In this document: in pieces, positions 17,850-26,946 of the stretch
Numbering within the stretch: position 1 is the stretch's first letter
Layout: each line of letters starts with the position of its first letter
Source of the DNA: Pirellulales bacterium
GTDB lineage: Bacteria; Planctomycetota; Planctomycetia; Pirellulales; JAICIG01
Reading direction: 5' to 3'
Length of the DNA stretch: 64,000 bases
Assembly: GCA_035533075.1 (NCBI GenBank)
Contig: DATLUO010000081.1
Span: 50,292 to 114,291 of the forward strand
The notes under the pieces: generated by a model
What the model saw: the letters and a program-made list of their open reading frames with translations, nothing else
What the model was told of the DNA's origin: nothing
Database searches by the model: none
Program-made: the position numbers and the translations under genes

Positions 17850-19211
17850 ATGTTCAAGTCAATTCGCCTACAGAACTTCAAGTCGTACAAGGACAGCGGC
17901 GAAATACCGCTTGCACCTCTAACCGTTCTTGTTGGGCTGAACAACTCTGGCAAGTCATCCATTTTGCAGGCAATTCTTGCGCTTAAGCAAACCGCTCTGG
18001 ATAGTGCCAGCGTTGCCCCAAATCGGCCGGCCTTTATATCTACCGGGAGCTATGCCACGCTCAATGGATTTTATGATATCTTGCACAAGCCCCAAACGGA
18101 AGCGTCTTTTTCGATTTCTCTTGAGCTTGACAAGACCGAAGAACAAAGCTTCATATCCGGTGGAGATCGCCCGGAAACGAGACAAGCTTGGAAAGTGCCT
18201 ATCGCCAACAAGCTGGATGTATCGTTCTGCCTTGGGGCTGAAACAAAGGAAATCGAAGTTGAGCGTTCCGTTTTGACGCTCAATGACGAGAAGATTCTTG
18301 AATACCAAAGGAACGGACACGTCGCCTGGAGCTCTGACAAGTTTCCATTCTCCACGGAAGGCGCTGGGGTTTTTCTCAGAGGATTCACACCGGCGCTGGT
18401 CGCGTTGCCCACGGGAACGCCAAACCCCGGAACTGGTGATTTCTTTACAGCGCTTCAACAGATATCCGCTCATAGCTACATGTGGATTACATGGCTTGGC
18501 AGCAGGGTTCATCGTGTCGGTGCCATAAGAACAAGGGTTCCATACACAACGAGCGTTGGCGTCAGAACGCCGCCTGAATTTGGGCTTGGTGGCGAGAACC
18601 TGCTGGCAGCACTTGCGAACGAAGAACGGCGCGGTCCAGCGAATAGGACTCTAGTAGATGAGGTAAACGACTGGCTCTCAAAGACTAGAATTCTCAACAA
18701 AGTCCACCTGAAAACAGATAAGGCGAACAATGTGCGCATGCTTTTAGGCGACGAAATGAGGGGGGGCCCATCAGACATCAATGTTGCGGGAATGGGGGAA
18801 GGCATTTCGCAGATACTCCCCATTATCGCCCTAGCAGTTTCCGTAAATCCTCGTCATTGCCTGTTGATCGAACAACCTGAGATTCATTTGCACCCTGCGT
18901 TACAAGCAGACCTTGCCGACCTGTTTATAAGCGTATCTGGGGAGCACGATCGGCAAGTAATCGTTGAAACTCACAGCGAACACCTAGTCTTGCGGATTCG
19001 CCACAGGATTGCTTCTGGAACGCTTGACCCACAAAACGTCAGAATTCTTTTTGTTGAAAAGTCGGCTGGCGAGAGCACGGTAAGACCACTCGACGTCAGT
19101 GATACTGGCGAGGTCACTAACTGGCCAGATGGCTTTTTTGATGAAGCCTACAGTGAAGCAATGGCGATGGTAGAGGCGGCTGCAAAGAGGAGAGCGACGA
19201 GTGCCCATTGA
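17850..19211 (+). CDS. ABC/OLD-type P-loop ATPase with DUF3696-like C-terminus (AAA_15/AAA_21-like), no nuclease domain
   Basis: MFKSIRLQNFKSY... Walker A is GLNNSGKSS (K35). Signature-like GMGEGISQILPI. Walker B/D-loop CLLIEQPEIHLHP. H-loop VIVETHSEHL. C-terminal NWPDGFFDE. Lies in a low-GC island; a hand count of 18061-18120 gives 24/60 GC. Confidence 0.8.
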   Translation: MFKSIRLQNFKSYKDSGEIPLAPLTVLVGLNNSGKSSILQAILALKQTALDSASVAPNRPAFISTGSYATLNGFYDILHKPQTEASFSISLELDKTEEQSFISGGDRPETRQAWKVPIANKLDVSFCLGAETKEIEVERSVLTLNDEKILEYQRNGHVAWSSDKFPFSTEGAGVFLRGFTPALVALPTGTPNPGTGDFFTALQQISAHSYMWITWLGSRVHRVGAIRTRVPYTTSVGVRTPPEFGLGGENLLAALANEERRGPANRTLVDEVNDWLSKTRILNKVHLKTDKANNVRMLLGDEMRGGPSDINVAGMGEGISQILPIIALAVSVNPRHCLLIEQPEIHLHPALQADLADLFISVSGEHDRQVIVETHSEHLVLRIRHRIASGTLDPQNVRILFVEKSAGESTVRPLDVSDTGEVTNWPDGFFDEAYSEAMAMVEAAAKRRATSAH

Positions 19212-19653
19212 AGATTTGACACTTGACGTGAACGTCCTCATAAGCCACAATAAGAGCAATATCCCGTGCGAGGATAAGCACCGGAATCTCATGAAGGCGT
19301 TTGAATCGCTAGTGTTTCTGGCGCTCGATGATGCTGGCCATATCAAGCAACTCTACGTTAATCGACTCGGCTCAAATTCCCTTGCAACAAAATGGCTTGC
19401 GAGCCTAGCAAGTAAATCTCGCATCCATCTTTTTCCGTTGGGGAGAATCCCGAAGCCACTCAAAGTCAAGTTTGACGAGACGGGTTTTCACTGGGCGGAC
19501 GACAAGTATGTTAGGCTCGCTATGATGACGCCGGACAAGCACTGGGTCACCGAAGATACTGGAATAAACGCGAGTCACAGAAAGCTTATCTCTGACCACG
19601 TGGGCGTGACGACTCACGACACGCAGTCTGCTTGCGATCTTCTTGGTATTTGA
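19201..19653 (+). CDS. PIN-like nuclease domain protein (150 aa)
   Basis: GTG start overlaps the ATPase stop by 11 nt. LTLDVNVLI (D9) is the canonical PIN strand-1 motif. Further acidic positions are LALDDAG (D43/D44), WADDKYVRLAMMT (D100/D101) and VTEDTG (D119), at PIN-like spacing. Low GC. Confidence 0.55.
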   Translation: MPIEDLTLDVNVLISHNKSNIPCEDKHRNLMKAFESLVFLALDDAGHIKQLYVNRLGSNSLATKWLASLASKSRIHLFPLGRIPKPLKVKFDETGFHWADDKYVRLAMMTPDKHWVTEDTGINASHRKLISDHVGVTTHDTQSACDLLGI

Positions 19654-19799
19654 TGTTCGGTGAACCATATCTCGTGATCGACGTCCATATCGGTCATGAA
19701 ACTTTTTCTGCTTTAAAGCGAACAATCCGGCAACACGATGGAGAGCGGTCCGCGCCTTCGCGGCGCAGCGGCCTTATAAACCGCGTTAGGGGCGGGAGC

Positions 19800-20675
19800 A
19801 TGCTTGTTTGGCGACTTCTCCTGGGCGCGGTCTTCATCGGCGGCATCACTGTGCTTTGCTGGCTCGATTACCACGCCGCCACGCCAGGCGTCTGGCTGTT
19901 TCCGTTGGCGGTGCTGTTGGCCATGCTGGCCAGCGAAGAATTGCTCTCGATGCTGGCGGCTCGCGGCTTGCGGCCGGCGGCTTGGGCCATCTACGCCGGC
20001 AATGTTGCGATCGTGGCGGCCAATTGGGTCCCGCACGTCCCAGCGCTCGTCATTCCTGTCGGGGCCTTCGATGCTCCGGCGGTCGCCTTCGCCCTCTCGT
20101 TGCTGGTGGTCTTTCTCGCTGAGATGGTGCGGTATCGAGAGCCGGGACAATCGACGGTGCAGCTTGCCACGGCTGTGCTCGCGCTGGCCTACGTCGGCTG
20201 GCTGCTCACGTTCCTCATCGAGTTGCGGTTCGCGGGTGGTGCCCGGCTCGGCATGGCGGCGCTGGCCTCGCTGATCGTAGTGGTGAAGATGTGCGACATC
20301 GGCGCCTATACGGTGGGCCGCTTGATCGGGCGGCACAAGATGTCGCCACGACTCAGCAGCGGCAAAACCATTGAAGGGCTGGCCGGCGGACTCGCTTTCG
20401 CTTGCCTCGGATCGTGGTCCGCTTTCCACTGGATTGTGCCGGGCTTGGGCGGCCTGGGCGGGCCGGTTCCCGTCGCGACGTGGCTCATCTTTGGATTGGT
20501 GGTCGGCATTGCGGGCGTGCTGGGCGATCTGGCCGAATCGCTGCTGAAGCGTGACCTGGGCTGCAAAGACTCCAGCCAGTGGATGCCCGGCTTCGGCGGC
20601 GTGCTCGACGTGATCGACTCGCTGCTGCTGGCGGCGCCGGTGGCCTATATGCTGTGGTGTTGGCTGGTGGTGTAG
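19800..20675 (+). CDS. cdsA: Phosphatidate cytidylyltransferase
   Basis: Multi-TM protein. SGKTIEGLAGGLAFACLGS and DSSQWMPGFGGVLDVIDSLLLAAP form the CDS signature. Start is taken at MLVWRLLLGAVF; the ORF is open from 19632 into the low-GC island. Confidence 0.85.
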   Translation: MLVWRLLLGAVFIGGITVLCWLDYHAATPGVWLFPLAVLLAMLASEELLSMLAARGLRPAAWAIYAGNVAIVAANWVPHVPALVIPVGAFDAPAVAFALSLLVVFLAEMVRYREPGQSTVQLATAVLALAYVGWLLTFLIELRFAGGARLGMAALASLIVVVKMCDIGAYTVGRLIGRHKMSPRLSSGKTIEGLAGGLAFACLGSWSAFHWIVPGLGGLGGPVPVATWLIFGLVVGIAGVLGDLAESLLKRDLGCKDSSQWMPGFGGVLDVIDSLLLAAPVAYMLWCWLVV

Positions 20676-20766
20676 CGGGCATCGTCGCCTTTCGCTTCGC
20701 GAAAAACGACTTTTGGTGGGCCGGGGCCAGTGCCACCCTGCGCGCGATTTTGGGCCAAAGCGAAGC

Positions 20767-21618
20767 CTACTGCAGTACCAGACAGCCGCAGGGCCGGCCG
20801 CCGACGGTGCGGATGCGCTCGAGCTCTTGCTCAACCCGGCGACGATGCGTGCCGCCCAGCCGCAGCACTAAGAACGTGGCATCGCTGGTTGCCAGAATGG
20901 GCGTCGTTACGGCCGCATTGCGCGATGTCGCATCGACGACAATGTACGCGAACTGGTCCTGCATCGTCTGCCATAATTCGAGCAACGCGCGGCAAGACAT
21001 GCTTCCGGACTGTTCCAATTCTCCGCGATCGAGCACGCGAAACCCGCCCGACGGATCGGGCAATAACGCGGTTTGCCAGTGGGCGCGTCGCTCCGCCAGA
21101 TTGCCCGCGAAAGCACCGCCTCGCGCGGTCTCGCGCGGCGACGCACCGGGGACGTGCCGCACCGCCAGCACCGCGGCACGTTTCCACGCGGCCAACTCCG
21201 AACAGAGCTCGTGAAGTACCGGCCACATTTCGCCGCCGTCCAGGGAGGTCAGCGCGATCACCGAGCGATCTTCTTCGGGCAAGAGCCGCTCGACTTCCTC
21301 CGCCAGCCGGCAGCGCGGGCTGACGCGCGAAGGCGGTTTCGGCGGCGTCGATTCGAGCGTTGCCTGCACGAGCGGAACCTCGCCCACGTGGGCCGGGCCG
21401 GCCACGGCAATCTCCGTGGCCGTTTCCGACGGATCATAGACCCGGATCAGCTCATAGCTTCCGCCGTAGGCCGAAAGTTCCTCACTCGGGCCGCGTGGCG
21501 AGGCTGGAGCAACGGGCCAATCCGGCTTTTTCCCCTCGATCTGACGCAGGGCCTGCAAAAGCAAGCTCATCGGACGATGGCCCAGCGGCACCGCGCGGTC
21601 AAGACTTGGCGAGCTCAT
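20767..21618 (-). CDS. CpsD/CapB-like (ParA/MinD-fold) domain protein with a degenerate Walker A; exopolysaccharide-locus type
   Basis: The C-terminal half (VIALTSLDGGEMWPV...FAYIVVDATS...ATSDATFLVLRLGGT...) aligns by eye to BY-kinase catalytic domains, but the GKS/T P-loop is absent. Last gene of a three-gene minus-strand cluster. Confidence 0.4.
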   Translation of the reverse strand: MSSPSLDRAVPLGHRPMSLLLQALRQIEGKKPDWPVAPASPRGPSEELSAYGGSYELIRVYDPSETATEIAVAGPAHVGEVPLVQATLESTPPKPPSRVSPRCRLAEEVERLLPEEDRSVIALTSLDGGEMWPVLHELCSELAAWKRAAVLAVRHVPGASPRETARGGAFAGNLAERRAHWQTALLPDPSGGFRVLDRGELEQSGSMSCRALLELWQTMQDQFAYIVVDATSRNAAVTTPILATSDATFLVLRLGGTHRRRVEQELERIRTVGGRPCGCLVLQ

Positions 21619-21622
21619 GCTT

Positions 21623-23254
21623 TTAACCGCGACGTAGGGATGAGAAGAGTTGCCGGTATTCTTGACGCCGCACCTGGGGCGGCCGGGTTAACGACGGAGT
21701 GTGCCTTTCCGCGCGCGGGTCGTCCTCCACGACCATCAGGTCGTCGTCGGCGCCGATGGCCCAATCGTCGTTCCTGACGAGCGGAATCGCCGCGGCTTCC
21801 TCCAGCTCGTCTTCTGCCACGGCCACCTCACGACGACCGTCTTCGCGCGACGCTGCCTCGTCGGTCGCCACGGCGTCGTAGGTGGATGCCGAGAAGGGAG
21901 CCAAGGAACCGATCGCCGCGGTCTGGAACCAGGGCTGCTCCGCGGCACTTGCCGCCACGATCGAATTCGTGTTCTCGGCAACCGGCTCGTCCAGGGCGTC
22001 CAACTCAGTCGGATTTGCGGGCAGGCACGGTTCGAGCAAGGCCGACAACGATCGGCTTTCGTCGCACTCCACCTGTTGTTGGTCCGTGATCGCACCGGGC
22101 TCCAGAGTGCAATAGCGATCGACGAGCACCTCTTCCTCCTCGAAGTGTTCGCCAAAAGGATCGCTGGCGCCACGATCGGCCGGCTGATAAAGGTAGTCCG
22201 TCGTCGATGCGGCGAAATCGCGATCCAGCTCGCGCAGATGGTCGTCGATTTGATGGAGCAACAGCGTCGCTTCAGCCGCCGGTCCAGGTTCTGCAGCCGG
22301 CGCGAAGTCGCTGTCGTCCAAGGCAGAATCCTCCGTTGCGAGTTCCGCTTCGTCATCCAGGCTGCCGAACTCGATGAAGCCCTCCCTCGCTGCTTCCCTC
22401 GCTGCTTCCGTCGCCGTGCCGGGGCGTGCGGCGACGTTCCAGGGTGTGGGCAACTGTTGCAGGTCGGACCAGGCTTCTTCCACGCCCGCCCGGTCGATTT
22501 GCTGTGCTCCGCCCGCGAAAGCCAAAGTCAACGCGTGGTCGCAAACCTGATTGATCAATCGCGCCACGCCGTCGGTCGCGCGATATACGGCCTCCAGGGC
22601 ATCGGGCGTAAAGATCGCTTGCGCGCCGGCAGGCGCGGCGAGCTGGGCTACGATGAATTGTTGCGTCTGCGAGTAATCGAGGGCCTCCAGGTAGCAACGC
22701 GTGGCGATGCGTTGGCTCAGCGCTTCCAACAGCGGGTCGGCGAGCAACTCTTCCAGGCTTGGATTGCCGGCCAGCACCAGTCGCACGCGCGGCTGTCCGT
22801 GGCGCACGAGGTTGGCGATCAAGCGGACCTCTTCCAAAAGCCGGGGCGCCAGCGTATGGGCCTCATCGACGAGCAACAGCAGACCGTGGCGCGCGTTCTG
22901 CTCGTTCGAGACATAGTCGATGAGCGACAGCCGCAATTCGCCCTCCTCCAGCCGCCGATAGGGAAGTCCGAGCTCGAACAAGATGGCCTGCAACAATTCG
23001 CGTCGCGTGTCGAGATGGCCGTTGGAGAGAAGTGCCACCGCGTAGGGCCCGCGGAACTTCTCGGCCAACAGGTGGCAAAGCAGCGTCTTGCCAGTGCCGG
23101 CGGGTCCGATGAGGAGCGCGGCCCCTTCCGCTCGTTCAATCGAGCGCACCAGGGCCTGTCGCGAGGCTTCGACGGCGCCCACCGGAAAGTAGCGATCGAC
23201 GCTGGGGGCCGCGGCGAACGGCCGTTGCTTCAATTGGAAAAACGACTCGTACAT
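21623..23254 (-). CDS. ExeA-like AAA ATPase (AAA_22; PEP-CTERM/EPS-locus secretion ATPase type) with an acidic low-complexity C-terminus
   Basis: MYESFFQLKQRPFAAAPSVDRYFPVG...ALLIGPAGTGKTLLCHLL, then Walker B LLLVDEAH. Start is taken at Met120 of the track ORF. Confidence 0.75.
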   Translation of the reverse strand: MYESFFQLKQRPFAAAPSVDRYFPVGAVEASRQALVRSIERAEGAALLIGPAGTGKTLLCHLLAEKFRGPYAVALLSNGHLDTRRELLQAILFELGLPYRRLEEGELRLSLIDYVSNEQNARHGLLLLVDEAHTLAPRLLEEVRLIANLVRHGQPRVRLVLAGNPSLEELLADPLLEALSQRIATRCYLEALDYSQTQQFIVAQLAAPAGAQAIFTPDALEAVYRATDGVARLINQVCDHALTLAFAGGAQQIDRAGVEEAWSDLQQLPTPWNVAARPGTATEAAREAAREGFIEFGSLDDEAELATEDSALDDSDFAPAAEPGPAAEATLLLHQIDDHLRELDRDFAASTTDYLYQPADRGASDPFGEHFEEEEVLVDRYCTLEPGAITDQQQVECDESRSLSALLEPCLPANPTELDALDEPVAENTNSIVAASAAEQPWFQTAAIGSLAPFSASTYDAVATDEAASREDGRREVAVAEDELEEAAAIPLVRNDDWAIGADDDLMVVEDDPRAERHTPSLTRPPQVRRQEYRQLFSSLRRG

Positions 23255-23358
23255 GCTGCGATCCTGTCTTGGTCGGGACCCGACGTGGTCGCGCCACGGC
23301 GCGACGGCACCTTCCATAGATTCGGCAGGGACGGGGTGGAAGCTACAACTTGAAGCGA

Positions 23359-24567
23359 TCAATTCAGCGTCACGCGGTCGATCACGACGACCGGCAGACG
23401 CGTGCTGGAGCGCACTTCCTCGACCGAATGAAAAGTCCGCCGCCGGTCCGGCCAGGTGGCCAGCACCAGACCGCCAATGGCGACGGCGGTCATCGTCGCG
23501 ACGGTCCATCGCTGCCAAGGTAACGGACGCGCGGTGACATGCGGAGTGTCTCCCACGACCTCGATTTCCGTAACCACACGACTGTGCGCCGCGGACCATC
23601 GGCGTTCGCACGCCCGCTCGGCTGCAATCGCCGCGTCACGTCGGTCCTGAGCCGCAAACATCGCCTGGCCAAGTTGTTGAATCTCGGCCGCCGTCACCGG
23701 GGGCAAAGGACCGGCGTCCGAGCGGTCCACGTTTTCCACCACGGCGGCCGCAACATCCGGTTCGACGGCCGGCGTCGGCTGATTGTTGAGCGCGGCCCGC
23801 AGCACATCGGTTTTTTCGTCGAGGGCCTTCATTTCCGGATGTTCCGGCATCAGCCGGTCGGCCAGCGCTTGGCGGCGGTTCTCCAGCTCGGCCAGCTGCT
23901 GCCGGGCCAGAAACCAGTCGGCATGGTCCGCTGCCTCCGCCGGCGCGGCATGCCTTGTGGGGACCGGCGCCGTCGAAGCTGCGCCGGATGGTGCCGAGCC
24001 GTGGCCAACAAACCGCAACGATTGCTCGAACCTTTGCCTGGCGAGAGCGACCGCATGCTGTGCGGCGGAGGCTTCGGCATGCGCCGCATCGAGTTGGGCT
24101 TGCAGCCCACGCAGATCCGCCGACGGGGGAACCGCCAAACGGCGCGCCAGCGTATGTACCAGTCTGCCGGCGCCTGGTGTTCCGGCTTCGCCCGTCCAGT
24201 GGACGACCAGCGTCTTATTGCCCGTCCTGTCGGTCGCACCGAAGTCAATCCGCACCTTGTCGCGCGCCCACTCGGCAAGCCGGGCAGGGTCTCGCGACGG
24301 GATTTCGCCTGCTTCCAAACCAGCCTCTTCGACCGCACGAATGAGGCTTTCGGGACGTAGCAACTCAGCCACAAGCCGCTCGACCTGTTCGGTGGCGTGG
24401 CCGCTTTCCGGCATGGCTTGGTACACGACGGCCGTGGGCGGCGATTCGATTCTTGCCGCCGGGGCCAGCAGGAACCAGACGGTCGCATAGGCGGCCAGAC
24501 CCATGCCGCTCGCCGTCAGCAGGGTGGAAACGCTCGGTCGGTGATGCGATAAAGCGACGCGGCGCAT
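23359..24567 (-). CDS. Polysaccharide chain-length-determinant (Wzz/GumC-like, PCP) protein
   Basis: N-terminal TM (LLTASGMGLAAYATVWFLLAP), long coiled-coil periplasmic region, C-terminal TM (VATMTAVAIGGLVLATW). Start is ATG 24567 or 24609. The rest of the 634-aa track ORF is antisense to trpF. Confidence 0.5.
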   Translation of the reverse strand: MRRVALSHHRPSVSTLLTASGMGLAAYATVWFLLAPAARIESPPTAVVYQAMPESGHATEQVERLVAELLRPESLIRAVEEAGLEAGEIPSRDPARLAEWARDKVRIDFGATDRTGNKTLVVHWTGEAGTPGAGRLVHTLARRLAVPPSADLRGLQAQLDAAHAEASAAQHAVALARQRFEQSLRFVGHGSAPSGAASTAPVPTRHAAPAEAADHADWFLARQQLAELENRRQALADRLMPEHPEMKALDEKTDVLRAALNNQPTPAVEPDVAAAVVENVDRSDAGPLPPVTAAEIQQLGQAMFAAQDRRDAAIAAERACERRWSAAHSRVVTEIEVVGDTPHVTARPLPWQRWTVATMTAVAIGGLVLATWPDRRRTFHSVEEVRSSTRLPVVVIDRVTLN

Positions 24568-24681
24568 GAGCAGATTAGTCCAGCGGTGACGAGTCCCCCG
24601 TTTCGTCATCGCCCACGACACCGCTCGAACTTGAACCACGAGACATTGGCCATACCAGACCCAACGCGTTACGATGGATTT

Positions 24682-25359
24682 GTGTTTCGCATTAAGATCT
24701 GCGGCATAACCCGGCCCGAAGACGCGCTCGCCGCCGCCACGGCGGGGGCGGACGCGATCGGTCTCAACTTTTATCAAGCCAGTCCTCGGTTTGTCGACCC
24801 CCGGCGGATCGAGGCCATTCGGTCTGTTCTGCCCGCACACGTGGCGAAGGTGGGGGTGTTCGTCAATGCGGCGGCGGACGCCATCTGCGAGGCCGCCAAG
24901 CTTGCTCAGCTCGACTATGCGCAGTTGCACGGAGACGAGCCGCCGGACGTGATCGGGCAACTGCGCGGGCTGCCCGTCATCCGGGCTTTCCGATTGGCAG
25001 ACCGGTGGCAGCCGATCATCGAATACCTGCAGCATTGCCGGGGGCTTGGCTCGCTTCCCACGGCTGTTCTTGTCGACGCCTGCCGGCCAGGTTCTTACGG
25101 CGGCACCGGCGAACTGGCCGATTGGTCGATGACGCGGCAGTACCATGATCTTGGGCTCGATCTGCCGCTGATCCTCGCGGGCGGGCTTCGTCCGGACAAC
25201 GTCGCCGCGGCCATCGCTGCCGTTCGACCGTTTGGGGTCGACACGGCCAGCGGCGTGGAGCAATCGCCGGGCAGCAAGGACGCTCAGAAGATTACCGACT
25301 TTGTGGCGGCCGCGCGCAACGCCCTTGTCAATCTGGGCAAGCCAACTTATTATCTGTGA
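24682..25359 (+). CDS. trpF: Phosphoribosylanthranilate isomerase
   Basis: (M)[40 protein letters not shown] start at 24682 is in frame with track ORF 24586-25359. Confidence 0.85.
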   Translation: MFRIKICGITRPEDALAAATAGADAIGLNFYQASPRFVDPRRIEAIRSVLPAHVAKVGVFVNAAADAICEAAKLAQLDYAQLHGDEPPDVIGQLRGLPVIRAFRLADRWQPIIEYLQHCRGLGSLPTAVLVDACRPGSYGGTGELADWSMTRQYHDLGLDLPLILAGGLRPDNVAAAIAAVRPFGVDTASGVEQSPGSKDAQKITDFVAAARNALVNLGKPTYYL

Positions 25360-25433
25360 GCACGGAGGCCATCCCGATTGCTGCCGGCGCGGGCATCTCT
25401 TCGCGCAACCCGTTGAAACTTAAGGAGTTACTT

Positions 25434-26747
25434 GTGCCACAGGTCGAAACCAAACTGCCCTATAAAGTTGCCGATTTGTCGCTGGCCGATTGGGGCCGCA
25501 AAGAAATCATGCTGGCCGAAAACGAGATGCCGGGGCTGATGGCCCTGCGCGAAAAGTACGGCCGCAGCCAACCGCTCAAAGGCGCCCGCGTCGCCGGTTG
25601 CCTTCACATGACCATTCAGACCGCGGTGCTCATCGAGACCCTCAAGGCACTCGGAGCCGAGGTCACCTGGAGCAGTTGCAATATCTTCTCGACGCAGGAC
25701 CACGCAGCCGCGGCCATCGCCGATGCCGGCGTCCCCGTCTACGCCTGGAAGGGCATGAACAACGAGGAGTTCGACTGGTGCATCGAGCAGACGCTGTTTT
25801 TCCCCGACGGTCAGCCGCTCAACATGGTGCTCGACGACGGCGGCGATCTGACGGCGATGGTGCATCAAAAGTACCCGGAGCTGCTGACCGCTATTCGCGG
25901 CATCTCGGAAGAAACGACCACCGGCGTCAGCCGCCTCTATCAGATGCATGCTCGCGGCGAGCTGAAGGTGCCGGCCATCAACGTCAACAACTCGGTGACC
26001 AAGAGCAAATTCGATAACCTTTATGGCTGCCGCGAATCGCTGGCCGACGGCATCAAGCGGGCCACCGACGTGATGGTCGCCGGCAAGGTGGTGGTCGTGT
26101 GCGGCTATGGCGATGTCGGCAAGGGCTGCGCTCACGCCATGCGGTCGCTGGGCGCTCGGGTGATCGTCACCGAAATCGACCCCATCAATGCCTTGCAGGC
26201 CGCGATGGAAGGTTATGAGGTCACGACGATGGAAGACGCCGCTCCTCGCGGCAATATCTTCGTCACGGCCACGGGCAACTGCGACGTGATCACCGGCAAG
26301 CATCTCGCGGTGATGCCCAACGACGCCATCGTCTGCAACATCGGACACTTCGACCTCGAAATCGACATGGCCTGGTTGAACAGCCAGAAAAACGTCCGCA
26401 AGATCGAGGTCAAGCCGCAGGTCGACCGCTACACGTTTCCCAACGGCCGGTCGATCATTGTGCTGGCCGAAGGCCGGCTGGTGAATCTCGGCTGCGCCCA
26501 CGGGCACCCGTCATTTGTGATGTCGACGTCGTTCTCCAACCAGGTGCTGGCGCAGATCGCGCTTTGGACGGAGCAAGAGAACTTTCCCTTGGGCGTCCAC
26601 GTGCTTCCGAAGCAACTCGATGAAGAAGTTGCCCGGCTGCACCTCGGCAAGCTGGGCGTGAAGCTGACCAAGCTGACCGCCAAGCAGTCGGACTATCTGG
26701 GTGTGCCGGTCGAAGGGCCGTTCAAGCCGGAGTTTTACCGGTATTAG
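25434..26747 (+). CDS. ahcY: Adenosylhomocysteinase (S-adenosyl-L-homocysteine hydrolase)
   Basis: [34 protein letters not shown] and the NAD motif [17 protein letters not shown] at 25434 is preceded by taaggag with a 6-nt spacer. The track ORF starts at 25356. Confidence 0.95.
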   Translation: MPQVETKLPYKVADLSLADWGRKEIMLAENEMPGLMALREKYGRSQPLKGARVAGCLHMTIQTAVLIETLKALGAEVTWSSCNIFSTQDHAAAAIADAGVPVYAWKGMNNEEFDWCIEQTLFFPDGQPLNMVLDDGGDLTAMVHQKYPELLTAIRGISEETTTGVSRLYQMHARGELKVPAINVNNSVTKSKFDNLYGCRESLADGIKRATDVMVAGKVVVVCGYGDVGKGCAHAMRSLGARVIVTEIDPINALQAAMEGYEVTTMEDAAPRGNIFVTATGNCDVITGKHLAVMPNDAIVCNIGHFDLEIDMAWLNSQKNVRKIEVKPQVDRYTFPNGRSIIVLAEGRLVNLGCAHGHPSFVMSTSFSNQVLAQIALWTEQENFPLGVHVLPKQLDEEVARLHLGKLGVKLTKLTAKQSDYLGVPVEGPFKPEFYRY

Positions 26748-26755
26748 CGGCGAGG

Positions 26756-26824
26756 GAGGATGGCTTTCCCAGGCAGTCCCGTCGCACTTTAATTCACGGG
26801 ACGGCCTAGGAAGGCCATCCTCCA
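26756..26824 (+). terminator. Nested GC-rich hairpin 9 nt after the ahcY stop (terminator-like, no U-tract)
   Basis: Outer arms are ggaggatggctttcc and ggaaggccatcctcc (15 bp, 1 mismatch). Inner arms are gtcccg and cgggac. Confidence 0.45.
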
Positions 26825-26900
26825 TAGCGTTCGCGTTTGACAACCCCCAAGGGCTTCGGGCATAAAACACCCGAAGCCTCTTTTATTTCGCACTCCATTA

Positions 26901-26940
26901 CGGTGGGCCGGCGCTCGCAAGCTCGTTGGTCCCACCTTAC
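26901..26940 (-). repeat. REP-like 40-nt palindromic element, copy 1
   Basis: The reverse complement gtaaggtgggaccaacgagcttgcgagcgccggcccaccg matches 30210-30249 with 4 mismatches. GGTGGG/CCCACC arms flank a GC palindrome. Confidence 0.7.
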
Positions 26941-26946
26941 AGCACC

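Noticed and set aside
17662-19799. Calling the low-GC island an integrative element or prophage remnant
   Set aside because: There is no integrase, no tRNA target, no phage structural genes, and only a weak 9-10-nt similarity at the edges. It is described simply as an insertion.
19632-19799. 56-aa N-terminal extension of cdsA given by the ORF track
   Set aside because: The extension runs into the low-GC island and is not CdsA-like. The Met at 19800 gives the expected hydrophobic N-terminus.
25360-25433. SAH riboswitch upstream of ahcY
   Set aside because: ahcY is a classic SAH-riboswitch target, but the 74-nt spacer does not show the conserved pseudoknot/stem pattern I remember. It is also short. 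Only an Rfam scan could settle the question.
25428-26507. 359-aa ORF antisense to ahcY, and similar long antisense ORFs at 5636-6991, 8573-9553, 21701-23353, 27358-28518, 46590-48221 and 54027-55592
   Set aside because: Each one mirrors a strongly supported gene on the opposite strand. Their compositions are Arg/Gly/Ala/His-biased, as expected for reverse frames of GC3-rich genes.
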